Positions 10,158 through 20,744 of a DNA stretch of 64,000 nucleotides are shown piece after piece. The DNA comes from an uncultured Rhodospirillaceae bacterium. Its GTDB lineage: Bacteria; Pseudomonadota; Alphaproteobacteria; Rhodospirillales; Magnetospirillaceae. Numbering within the stretch: position 1 is the stretch's first letter; each line of letters begins with the position of its first letter. Where the stretch lies: contig CAZJFH010000014.1 in assembly GCA_964545205.1 (NCBI GenBank), forward strand, positions 775 through 64,774, given 5' to 3'. The notes beneath the pieces are model-generated. The model had not been told where the DNA came from. It did not search any database and saw only the letters and a list, made by a program, of their open reading frames with translations. The translations under genes and the position numbers were made by a program.

Positions 10158-11378
10158 ATGAACGGCAGGACCAGCGAGAAGATCACCTTTGCCGGCGCCG
10201 CCGGCCACGAACTGGCGGCGCGGCTCGACCGGCCGGTGGGGCCGGTGGCGGCATACGCGCTGTTCGCGCACTGCTTCACCTGCTCGAAGGACGTGTTCGC
10301 GGCGGCGCGGATCAGCGCCGCCCTCGCCGAGCGCGGGATCGCCGTGCTGCGGTTCGACTTCACCGGACTCGGCCACTCCGGGGGCGAGTTCGCCAACACC
10401 GGATTCTCGTCGAACGTCGCCGATCTCGTCGCGGCCGCCGAGTTCCTGCGCAGCCACGAGCGCGCGCCGACCGTGCTGATCGGCCACAGCCTTGGCGGCG
10501 CCGCGGCGCTGGCGGCGGCGGGGCGGATGCCGGAGCTGCGGGCGGTGGTCACCATCAACGCGCCGTCCGATCCCGCGCACGTGCTGGCGCACTTCGGCGA
10601 CGCGCGGCAGGAGATCGCGCGAAACGGCGCGGCAGACGTGACCATCGGCGGCCGCAGCTTCACCATCACCCGCGACTTCGTCGAGGATCTGCACGAGCAG
10701 CGGCTGCTCGACGGCGTGCGCGAGCTGCGCCGCGCGCTGCTGATCCTGCACGCGCCGCACGACCCGATCGTCGCCATCGACAACGCCTCGCGCATCTTCC
10801 AGGCGGCCAGGCATCCGAAGAGCTTCGTGTCGTTGGACGACGCCGACCATCTGCTGACCCGGCGCGAGGATGCGGTCTACGTCGCCGACGTCGTCGCCGC
10901 CTGGGCGTCGCGCTACGTCGAGGCGCCGCCCGGCGCGCCGGCGCAGGAGCAGGGCACGGTGCTGGTGACCGAGACCGGCGCCGGCCGCTTCGCGCAGACC
11001 GTCGTCGCCGGCCGCCACCGGCTGGCTGCCGACGAGCCCGAGGCCTATGGCGGCGACGACAGCGGGCCGAGCCCGTACGACTATCTGCTGGCGGCGCTGG
11101 GCGCCTGCACGTCGATGACGATACGCATGTACGCCGAGCGCAAGAAGATCCGGCTCGACGGCGTCTCGGTGCGGCTGCGCCACGCCAAGATCCACGCCGC
11201 CGACTGCGCCGATTGCGACGCCAAGGAAGGCAAGATCGATCACATCGAGCGCGAGATCGCCCTGAGCGGCGATCTCGACGAGGACACCGAGGCGCGGCTG
11301 ATGGAGATCGCCGATCGCTGCCCGGTGCACAAGACCCTGCACGCCGAGGTCAAGGTCACGACGCGCAAGGTGGAATGA
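10158..11378 (+). CDS. bifunctional alpha/beta hydrolase / OsmC-family protein
   Basis: The N-terminal half has the nucleophile elbow GHSLGG. The C-terminal half ([19 protein letters not shown]...CPVHKTL) is OsmC-like. Confidence 0.8.
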   Translation: MNGRTSEKITFAGAAGHELAARLDRPVGPVAAYALFAHCFTCSKDVFAAARISAALAERGIAVLRFDFTGLGHSGGEFANTGFSSNVADLVAAAEFLRSHERAPTVLIGHSLGGAAALAAAGRMPELRAVVTINAPSDPAHVLAHFGDARQEIARNGAADVTIGGRSFTITRDFVEDLHEQRLLDGVRELRRALLILHAPHDPIVAIDNASRIFQAARHPKSFVSLDDADHLLTRREDAVYVADVVAAWASRYVEAPPGAPAQEQGTVLVTETGAGRFAQTVVAGRHRLAADEPEAYGGDDSGPSPYDYLLAALGACTSMTIRMYAERKKIRLDGVSVRLRHAKIHAADCADCDAKEGKIDHIEREIALSGDLDEDTEARLMEIADRCPVHKTLHAEVKVTTRKVE

Positions 11379-11406
11379 CGGCAGGCGCGGCGCCTGCCGG
11401 AACCGG

Positions 11407-11604
11407 TCAGGCGTAGGACAGGCGGTGCTGCTCGGTCAGGATGTCGAGCATCGCGAACACGCTGGTCCCGGCGTAGTAGCGCTCCTGCAGCGCGCGTCGC
11501 GGCAGGCCGAGTTCCTTGAGGGTGACGCCGTGGATGCGCTTGAGCTGGGTCTCGATGTCACCCTGCCACAGGGTGAAGCCACCGTCTTCGAGGGGATGCG
11601 ACAT
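11407..11604 (-). CDS. small hypothetical protein (65 aa; a start at 11616 is also possible)
   Basis: The ORF is [65 protein letters not shown], with coding-like high third-position GC. I recognise no family. Confidence 0.45.
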   Translation of the reverse strand: MSHPLEDGGFTLWQGDIETQLKRIHGVTLKELGLPRRALQERYYAGTSVFAMLDILTEQHRLSYA

Positions 11605-11643
11605 AGGGGTCTCCATCAAATCGCGCGCCGGAACTCCGCCGCG

Positions 11644-11657
11644 ATCAACGTTGATCA
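11644..11657. promoter_or_regulatory. perfect 14-bp palindrome GATCAACGTTGATC (candidate operator)
   Basis: An exact self-complementary sequence ~30-40 bp upstream of the small gene's start, inside a low-GC non-coding island. Confidence 0.4.
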
Positions 11658-11870
11658 AATCTTGGCCGAGGATTTCGAGGTTTTCAAGAGAATTGGTGGC
11701 GAACGGATTGTCATTGCTGCGGTGCAAACATGGACGTACTTGGCTTGAACAATGGTCATCTGAAGGTGAAACGCCCCCGTTTCGCACAGCAGCCTTGGTG
11801 GAGCGGCCGGTAATACGGATAGTAATCCGCCATAGTCGGAAATTTTCACTGCGGCTATGTTGTGGGGAGT

Positions 11871-11963
11871 TCAGGGTTGCGAATGCTTCCAGCCTGACGA
11901 TGTGACGGTTCCGGCATGTTTCACTGATGTGAATACTACCAAAGGCGGGCTTCCGACAGACAT
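11871..11963 (-). CDS. candidate 30-aa small ORF with a strong Shine-Dalgarno sequence, embedded in a hairpin
   Basis: The minus strand reads AAGGAGGATTATG TCT GTC ... CCC TGA, giving MSVGSPPLVVFTSVKHAGTVTSSGWKHSQP. The SD and start lie in the loop of the 9-bp stem CTACCAAAG/CTTTGGTAG. There is no homology evidence. Confidence 0.2.
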   Translation of the reverse strand: MSVGSPPLVVFTSVKHAGTVTSSGWKHSQP

Positions 11964-12194
11964 AATCCTCCTTCTTTGGTAGGGGGTGGCATGCCGCAAA
12001 AGAGGAGTATCGCGGCGCCGCACGCCCCGCGCTCGGCGGCGGCGGGCCAAATCGTGGCCATCGCAGGGGGGCTTGCCGGACGCGAACGGGTTGCCCGTGC
12101 CGAATCGGCCGAACCATTGGTTTCATGCGTACCCCCTCTACCCGACCCGACGCGACGGCGGCGTCTGATACAGTTTTGAAAAAACGGGTTCGGG

Positions 12195-13403
12195 ATGAGC
12201 AGGAAGAGCAGGCGCCGCAGCCGGCGCCGCCAGATGAGAAGCGCCAAGCTGCGGACCTCGCTGCGGGCGTTGATGCGCCGGCTCGGCCACGAGGAGCTTC
12301 ACGGCGAGGCGATGCTGAGGGCCTGCCGCCGGGCCCTGATCCATGATCGCCGATTCCGCGACGCGCTTGCCAATCTCGGCGTCGCGCTGGCCGAGCAGGA
12401 CCGCGAGTTGCGTTACGTCTGGGCCTACAAGCCGTTCGGCGCGACCCCGGCGGATGAGATGGTCGGCCGCACCGACGCCGACCTGCTGCCGGCCGACAAC
12501 GCCGCCGCGCTGACCGAGGCCAAGCTGGCGGTGATCGCGGAACGCCGCGGAATGCGCCAAATCCTCGACCTGACGACGCCGACCGGCCGCAAGGTGCTCG
12601 ATATTCGCATCGAACCGGTCCTGGGGCCGGACGGCTGCGTCACGGGCGTGGTCACCGCCGCCCTCGACATCACCAACCACCAGCAGGTGGAGGACCTGTT
12701 GCGGCGGCAGCGGGACGAGGCCGAGGCGGCGGTCGTCTCGAAGAGCCGGGCCATCGCCCGCGCCAGCCACGACCTGCGCCAGCCGTTCCAGGCCATGCGG
12801 ATGTTCCACGAAGTCCTGTCGGCGCAACTGCAGACGCCGCGGCAGCAGATGGTCGCCGCGCGACTCGGCGAGGCGATGGCGGCCAGCGAAGAGTTGCTGA
12901 CCAACCTGCTGGAACTGTCGACCTTCGACAGCGGCCCGGTGCGGATCCATCTCGAGGAGTTTCCGGTCGCCGACGTGCTCGCCGCCCTCGACCTCGAGGG
13001 CTCGGGGCCGGCGGCGGCGAAGGGGCTGCGGCTGCGGGTCGTGCCGTCTTCGGCCCGCATCGTCAGCGACCGCGTCATGCTGACCCGGCTCATGCGCAAC
13101 CTGCTGGTCAACGCGATCCGCTACACCCGCCAGGGCGGAATCGTGTTGGGCGCGCGGCGGCGCGGCGACGAGGTGCTGCTCGAGGTGTGGGACACCGGCA
13201 TCGGCATCCCGCCGGACCAGATTCCGCTGATCTTCGAGGACTTCTACCGCGGCGGCAATGTCGGCGAGGCCGAGCGCGGGCTCGGCCTCGGACTGGCCGG
13301 GGTGGCGCGGCTGAGCCGCGTGCTGGCCCATCCGGTGACGGTGCGCTCGGTGCTGGGGCGCGGGTCGGTGTTTTCGGTCGCCGTCCCGGGCGCTGCGGAG
13401 TGA
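12195..13403 (+). CDS. PAS-domain sensor histidine kinase (the start may be at a downstream Met)
   Basis: H-box ASHDLRQPFQAM, N/G boxes NLLVNAIRYT...WDTGIGIP...GLGLGLA, and a PAS-like segment before the H-box. Confidence 0.85.
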   Translation: MSRKSRRRSRRRQMRSAKLRTSLRALMRRLGHEELHGEAMLRACRRALIHDRRFRDALANLGVALAEQDRELRYVWAYKPFGATPADEMVGRTDADLLPADNAAALTEAKLAVIAERRGMRQILDLTTPTGRKVLDIRIEPVLGPDGCVTGVVTAALDITNHQQVEDLLRRQRDEAEAAVVSKSRAIARASHDLRQPFQAMRMFHEVLSAQLQTPRQQMVAARLGEAMAASEELLTNLLELSTFDSGPVRIHLEEFPVADVLAALDLEGSGPAAAKGLRLRVVPSSARIVSDRVMLTRLMRNLLVNAIRYTRQGGIVLGARRRGDEVLLEVWDTGIGIPPDQIPLIFEDFYRGGNVGEAERGLGLGLAGVARLSRVLAHPVTVRSVLGRGSVFSVAVPGAAE

Positions 13404-13793
13404 TCAGCGATAGTGCAGCCGCATGAGATCGTCGTCCTTCATCACGCGCTCGGTGAACACGGCGGCCACCCGGTCGAGGACCGGAAGAACGCCACTGCGG
13501 TCACCGGCCGCGGCGCGCAAGTCGCTCAGGCAGTCGCGCAGCAGGTCGTGGCCGGCGAGGTGGTGGTCGAGCCGCGGATAGTGGTGGGCCCGCAGAAACC
13601 GTTCCTCGCGTTCCAGATGGCCCTGGACCAGCGTCAGCAGCCGCTTGACCAGCCGTTCGCGTTCTTCGGGCCCTGGACGGGGTTCCTCGCGTTCCACGAG
13701 CCGGTGCAGGCACACGGCGATGGCCCAGTGTTCCTCGTCGTTGTCCTGCAGAAAGGCCGCGACCGGATCGATCGCCGCCGGCATCACGTTCAT
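13404..13793 (-). CDS. divergent hemerythrin-like (HHE-type) protein
   Basis: A His/Glu-rich helical pattern: EEHWAIAVCLHRL, QGHLEREERFL, HHYPRLDHHLAGHDLL. This resembles hemerythrin cation-binding repeats, but the final HxxxxD is not evident. Confidence 0.5.
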   Translation of the reverse strand: MNVMPAAIDPVAAFLQDNDEEHWAIAVCLHRLVEREEPRPGPEERERLVKRLLTLVQGHLEREERFLRAHHYPRLDHHLAGHDLLRDCLSDLRAAAGDRSGVLPVLDRVAAVFTERVMKDDDLMRLHYR

Positions 13794-13926
13794 TGACCCG
13801 CTCTCCTGATCGAGGGCTCATTGTGCCCCGGGTGGCGCGGGCCGGGAAAGCTATCCTATACGGTATCGGGTGCAAACCAAAGTCGGAGGCGGGCGGGGCC
13901 GGTCGGACGGACCCGCCGCGCATGCG

Positions 13927-14316
13927 CTACCACAGGTTCAACGCCAGCCGCGCGTCTTCCGACATCCGGCTCATGTCCCACGGCGGGTCCCACACCAGGT
14001 TGACGGAAACCTGGCCGACGCCCGGCACCGCCGCCACCGTGTCGGCCACCTTCTGCGGCAGGGTGCCGGCCACCGGGCAGGCCGGCGCGGTCAGGGTCAT
14101 CTGGATGGCGACGTCGCCGTTCTCGGCGATGTCGATGTCGTAGATCAGCCCCAGGTCGTAGATGTTGACCGGAATCTCGGGGTCGTACACCTCGCGCAGG
14201 GCCCATTCGACGGCGTCGCGGTCGGCCGGCTCCTGGCCCGCGTCCAGGGGGGCGCCGGAATGCGCTTCGCCTTCCGGCGGCGGGGGTTCGGCAAAAGGTC
14301 GCACCATGTCGTTCAC
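13927..14316 (-). CDS. sufT: SUF-system Fe-S assembly protein, DUF59/SufT type
   Basis: Motif VYDPEIPVNIYDLGLIY...LTAPACPV... is typical of DUF59. It is the last gene of the suf operon. Confidence 0.85.
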   Translation of the reverse strand: MNDMVRPFAEPPPPEGEAHSGAPLDAGQEPADRDAVEWALREVYDPEIPVNIYDLGLIYDIDIAENGDVAIQMTLTAPACPVAGTLPQKVADTVAAVPGVGQVSVNLVWDPPWDMSRMSEDARLALNLW

Positions 14317-14787
14317 CTACTCGGTCGATACCGCTTGCGTGTCCTCGCCTTCCAGCGCGGCGTTGAGCGTGTGCCAGGCCAGCGTCGCGCACTTCACCCG
14401 CATCGGGTATTGGCGCACGCCGCCGAGCACCTCCAGCCGCTCCAGATCGTCCTCCAGACCGGGGGCCGGATAGGCGTCGCCGCTGCCGGTGGCGAGGTAG
14501 TGGAAGTTGTCGAACAGGATCTTGACCTGCTCGGGCGTCTTGCCCTTCAGCACCTCGGTCATCAGCGAGGCGGAGGCCGTGGAGATCGCGCAGCCGCGGC
14601 CTTCGAAGGCGACGTCCTCGACGGTGCCGTCGGCGCCGACCTTCAGATAGACGGTGATCTGGTCGCCGCACAGGGGGTTGTGGCCCTTGGCCTCGCGGTT
14701 GGCGTCCGGCGGGTGCCGGAAGTTCCGCGGGTTCTTGCCGTGATCCAGGATGACTTCCTGGTAGAGATCGCGCAGCTCGTCGCTCAT
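14317..14787 (-). CDS. sufU: SUF-system NifU-family Fe-S scaffold/sulfur acceptor (SufU-like)
   Basis: Motifs LYQEVILDHGKNPRNF...NPLCGD...GRGCAIS...CATLAW. Its ATG overlaps the sufS stop. Confidence 0.85.
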   Translation of the reverse strand: MSDELRDLYQEVILDHGKNPRNFRHPPDANREAKGHNPLCGDQITVYLKVGADGTVEDVAFEGRGCAISTASASLMTEVLKGKTPEQVKILFDNFHYLATGSGDAYPAPGLEDDLERLEVLGGVRQYPMRVKCATLAWHTLNAALEGEDTQAVSTE

Positions 14788-16028
14788 CGCCGGAACATCG
14801 CCTCCACCTTCTCGAGTGCCTCGGCCAGGGCGTCCGCCTCGGCGCGGGTGTTGTACAGTGCGAACGAGGCGCGCGCCGTCGCCGCCACGTCGAGCCGGTC
14901 CATCAGCGGCTGGGCGCAGTGGTGGCCGGCGCGGATCGCCACGCCCGAGCGGTCGAGCACGGTGGCGATGTCGTGCGGGTGGGCCTCCCTCATCCCGAAC
15001 GAGATCACGCTGGCCTTGCCCGGCGCGGTGCCGATCAGGTGCAGGCCGGGAACCGCCGACAGGCGCTGGGTGGCGTAGGTCAGCAGGTCGTTCTCGTGCG
15101 CGGCGATGCGGTCCATGCCAAGGGCGCTGACGTAGTCGATCGCCGCCGCCAGCCCGATCGCCTGGCTGATCGCCGGGGTGCCGGCCTCGAACTTGGCGGG
15201 CAGGGGGGCGAAGGTGGTCTTCTCGATGCTCACCGACAGGATCATGTCGCCGCCGCCCTGATAGGGCGGCATGGCGTCCATGATCTCCTCGCGGCCCCAC
15301 AGCACGCCGATGCCGGTCGGCCCATAGAGCTTGTGGCCCGAGAAGACGTAGAAGTCGCAGCCCAGCGCCTTGACGTCGACCGACAGATGGGTCACCGCCT
15401 GGGCGCCGTCGACCAGCACCTTGGCGCCGACGTCGTGCGCCATGCGCACCATCTCCTCGACCGGCAGCACGGTGCCGAGCACGTTGGACATGTGGGCGAT
15501 GGCGACCAGCTTGGTGCGCGGCGTCAGCAGCTCGGCATACTTGTCGAGCCGCACCTGTCCGGCGTCGTCGATCGGCACGACCTTGAGCCTGAGGCCCTTC
15601 TCGTCGCGCAGCATCTGCCAGGGGACGATGTTGGCGTGGTGCTCGAGCTCGGTGATGACGATCTCGTCGCCTTCCTTCAGGAATTTCCGCCCGTAGCACG
15701 CGGCGACCAGGTTGATCGCCTCGGTGGCGTTGCGGGTGAAGACGATCTCGTGCGCCTTGGGCGCGCCGAGGAACCGGCGCACGGTCTCGCGCGCCTGGTC
15801 GTGACGCTGGGTGGCGCGGTCCGACAACCAGTAGATGCCGCGATGGATGTTGGCGTATTCCTCTTCGAGGAAGCGCCGCTCCGCGTCGAGCACCGCCAGC
15901 GGCTTCTGCGCCGAGGCGGCGTTGTCGAGGTAGACCAGCGGCTTGCCGAACACCTGGCGCGACAGGATCGGGAAATCCTTGCGGATCTGCCCGACGTCGT
16001 AGGGCGGCCTGTCGACGATGCCCATCAT
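14784..16028 (-). CDS. sufS: cysteine desulfurase SufS
   Basis: Motifs IRKDFPIL...VYLDNAASAQKP...FSGHKLYGPTGIG...RAGHHCAQP. The start is trimmed to the MM at 16028, after the repeat. Confidence 0.9.
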   Translation of the reverse strand: MMGIVDRPPYDVGQIRKDFPILSRQVFGKPLVYLDNAASAQKPLAVLDAERRFLEEEYANIHRGIYWLSDRATQRHDQARETVRRFLGAPKAHEIVFTRNATEAINLVAACYGRKFLKEGDEIVITELEHHANIVPWQMLRDEKGLRLKVVPIDDAGQVRLDKYAELLTPRTKLVAIAHMSNVLGTVLPVEEMVRMAHDVGAKVLVDGAQAVTHLSVDVKALGCDFYVFSGHKLYGPTGIGVLWGREEIMDAMPPYQGGGDMILSVSIEKTTFAPLPAKFEAGTPAISQAIGLAAAIDYVSALGMDRIAAHENDLLTYATQRLSAVPGLHLIGTAPGKASVISFGMREAHPHDIATVLDRSGVAIRAGHHCAQPLMDRLDVAATARASFALYNTRAEADALAEALEKVEAMFRR

Positions 16029-16050
16029 TCCCTCCCTTCCAACATTCCAG

Positions 16051-16183
16051 TCCCTCTCCCGCTCGCGGGAGAGGGAGGGGCCCAGCCGCAGGCTGGGAGG
16101 GTGAGGGCGGCGCACCGGCGCCGGGCCCGAGTCCCAGGCGCGGCCCCCACCCCGGCCCTCCCCCGCGGGCGGGGGAGGGAGAA
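16051..16183. repeat. family-A double-hairpin intergenic repeat, copy 3
   Basis: Contains CCCTCTCCCGCTCGCGGGAGAGGGAGGGGCCC...GGGAGGGTGAGGGCGG...CCCCCACCCCGGCCCTCCCCCGCGGGCGGGGGAGGG between sufD and sufS. It has the same plus-strand orientation as copies 1 and 2. Confidence 0.85.
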
Positions 16184-16200
16184 AGCCTCGATCCGCATCC

Positions 16201-17534
16201 TCATCCCTTCCTGTCCAGCCGGTGGCGCAGCAGCAGCGTCAGCGCGTCGCGCACCCTGGCGTCGGAAACGTTGTCCATGACGTCGGCGACGAAGGCCTCG
16301 ATCAGCATGCGCCGGGCGGCGTCGCGGTCGATGCCGCGGCTTTCCAGGTAGAAAAGCTGGTCGTCGTCGAGCTCGCCGACCGTGGCCCCGTGGCCGCACT
16401 TGACGTCGTCGGCGTAGATCTCGAGCTCGGGCTTGCCGTCCATCTCGGCGCCGGGCGACAGCAGCAGCGCGCGCGAGAGCTGGTGCCCGTCGGTCTTCTG
16501 CGCGCCGCGCGCCACCAGCACCTTGCCCTGGTAGACGCCGCGCGCCTTGCCGTCGAGCACGCCCTTCCAGAGCTGGCGCGAGCTGCCGCAGGGCTTGGCG
16601 TGCTCGACGAAGGTGGTGTTGTCGATCACCATGTCGCCGTCGGCGACGTAGGCGCCGTCGAGCCGGCATTCGGCGTGCTCGCCGTCGAGCAGCACCCGCG
16701 TCTCCTGGCGCCCCAGCCGGCCGCCGACCTGGATCACGGCGCTCTCGTAGCGGCCGCCGCCGGCGACGCGCACCGCCGTGTAGCCGAGGTGCCAGCCCAG
16801 CGGCGCCTCGTCCTGGACCTTGTAGTGGCGCAGCACGGCGCCGGACTCGACGCAGGCCTCGCAGACGGTGTTGGACAGGTAGGGCTGGTCGACGACGCCG
16901 GCATGGCTCTCGACCAGGGTCGCCTGGGCGCCGTCCTCCAGCACCACGAGCAGCCGCGGATGATAGGCGACCGGGCGGTCCACGGCGACGCCGATCGAGA
17001 TCAGGTGGATCGGCTCGGCGAGCACGGTGCCGCGGGCCAGGCGCAGCACGACGCCGTCCTCGAAGCTGGCGGTGTTGAGGGCGGCCAGCGGCGCGTCGTC
17101 GCGCTCGGCCAGGCTGCCGAGGACGCCCTTCAGCCTGTCGGGATGGCGGGCCAGCGCCTCGGCCATCGTCTCGACGGTGGCGCCGGCGGGCAGGCGGTCG
17201 AGGTCGCACAGCAGCCGGTCGACGACGCCGTTGACCATCACGATGCGGCAGCCGTCGACGGCCGGAATCTCGGTCGGCAGCTCCAGCGGCGGCGGCTCGG
17301 CGGCGAGGCGGGCCGGCACCAGCTCCATTTCCGCGAGATGGCCGATATTGGTGTAGCGCCACGACTCGACCCGGCGAGTCGGCAGGCCCTGGGTCCTGTA
17401 GCGCGCCATCGCGGCCTTGCGCAGCTCGGTCAGCCAGTCGGCGCCGCGCCCGGGCAACTGCCGGGCCAGAACCTCGTAGTGGTCGAGCAGCGGCGCCGCC
17501 GGCGCGGCCGCGGTCTTGAGGGCGGCGCGGCTGG

Positions 17535-17538
<4 letters not shown>
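16201..17538 (-). CDS. sufD: Fe-S cluster assembly protein SufD
   Basis: SufB/SufD beta-helix family sequence lying between sufC and sufS. Its ATG at 17538 overlaps the sufC stop. Confidence 0.85.
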
Positions 17539-18290
<752 letters not shown>

Positions 18291-18310
18291 TGTTTTCAGT
18301 CCCTCTCTTT

Positions 18311-18421
18311 GACCACAGAGGCACAGAGAACCGGAGACGTCGCCGAGGGCGACGAAAGCGCGCGCAGCGCGCAGGAAAACAGTTCTCGATGCCTTCTCTG
18401 TGACTCTGTGCCTCTGTGGTG
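18311..18421. repeat. family-B CACAGAG-type hairpin repeat, copy 2
   Basis: The arm GACCACAGAGGCACAGAGAA pairs with TTCTCTGTGACTCTGTGCCTCTGTGGT. It lies between sufB and sufC. Confidence 0.8.
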
Positions 18422-18432
18422 AATCACGATTC

Positions 18433-19887
<1,455 letters not shown>

Positions 19888-19904
19888 GGTTGCGGAACTC
19901 CTCG

Positions 19905-20336
19905 TCACAGGCGCGCGGCCGGGGCGGCGGCATGTCCCGCCATGTCGGCCAGCGTCACGTTCTCCAGGGCGCCGCGCAGTGCGGCGTTGACCGGATCCCA
20001 GCGGCCGCGCACCGGGCAGCTGTTCTCCATCGTGCAGGTGTCGTCCGAGGTCTCGACGCAGGCCGCCAGCGCGATCGGCCCCTCCAGCGCGGTCACCACC
20101 TCGCGGATGCTGATCGCCGCCGCCGGCCGCGCCAGCGCGTAACCGCCGGTCGCGCCGCGGCTGGCGGTCACCAGCCCGTGCTGGCCGAGCTGCTTGAGCA
20201 CCTTGGCCACCGACGGTTCCGGCAGCCTGGTCTCGGCGGCCAGACGGTGCGCGTTCATCGCCGAGCCCGGCGCCTCGTGCGCCAGCCGGCTGAGCACGAC
20301 GATGGCGTAATCGGTGAGTCGCCCGAGACGCAGCAC
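19905..20336 (-). CDS. Rrf2-family transcriptional regulator (IscR/SufR-like); a GTG start at 20336 is preferred over the TTG at 20351
   Basis: (M)[18 protein letters not shown]... winged helix. Three Cys ([16 protein letters not shown]) are spaced as in cluster-binding Rrf2 proteins. It is the first gene of the suf operon. Confidence 0.8.
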   Translation of the reverse strand: MLRLGRLTDYAIVVLSRLAHEAPGSAMNAHRLAAETRLPEPSVAKVLKQLGQHGLVTASRGATGGYALARPAAAISIREVVTALEGPIALAACVETSDDTCTMENSCPVRGRWDPVNAALRGALENVTLADMAGHAAAPAARL

Positions 20337-20433
20337 GCCCTTCACCCTCAAACAGGACTAAACTGGTCCTGATTGTGGTCCATGCCGCGGCGGATGTCAA
20401 GTAATTGGTATCGGAGTGCGTATTTTATATTCG

Positions 20434-20449
20434 GATTTCGTGCGAAATC
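20434..20449. promoter_or_regulatory. 16-bp palindrome GATTTCG-TG-CGAAATC upstream of the rrf2-suf operon (candidate operator)
   Basis: A perfect 7-bp inverted repeat in an AT-rich stretch ~100 bp upstream of the Rrf2 start. Confidence 0.35.
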
Positions 20450-20674
20450 AAGGCGCCGATTGCGTTTCGTTGACGCGAACCGGCCCCGACCGGCGTGGAT
20501 CGTTTACGCCCCCGGCGGCTACGCTGCCGAAGGTCGATCCCTGAACGGAACCACTGCCGTGTCCCAAGACAAGATGCCCAGCCGCCGCGAGAAGATCATC
20601 GTCGCCCTGATGGGGGCGAGCGTCGTCCTGATCGGGCTCGGGATGGCGGCGATGAACTTCCTGTAGGCGCCACG

Positions 20675-20725
20675 CTTCGAGACGCGCTCCTGCGGAGCGC
20701 TCCTCAGCATGAGGCCGTCTCGAAG
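20675..20725. repeat. nested palindromic intergenic element (10-bp outer stem, 7-bp inner stem)
   Basis: Outer stem CTTCGAGACG ... CGTCTCGAAG, inner stem GCGCTCC-TGC-GGAGCGC. The motif GCGCTCCTCAGCATGAGG resembles widespread alphaproteobacterial REP-like elements. Only one copy occurs in this window. Confidence 0.5.
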
Positions 20726-20744
20726 GGTGCGGCGGGCCAGAGGC

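Noticed and set aside
20373-20666. A 97-aa plus-strand ORF between the Rrf2 gene and the FAH gene
   Set aside because: Most of it overlaps the AT-rich suf promoter region and has no coding character. Only the last ~30 codons (a possible single-TM peptide) look at all gene-like, and they lack a clear ribosome-binding site. I mention it only within a finding.
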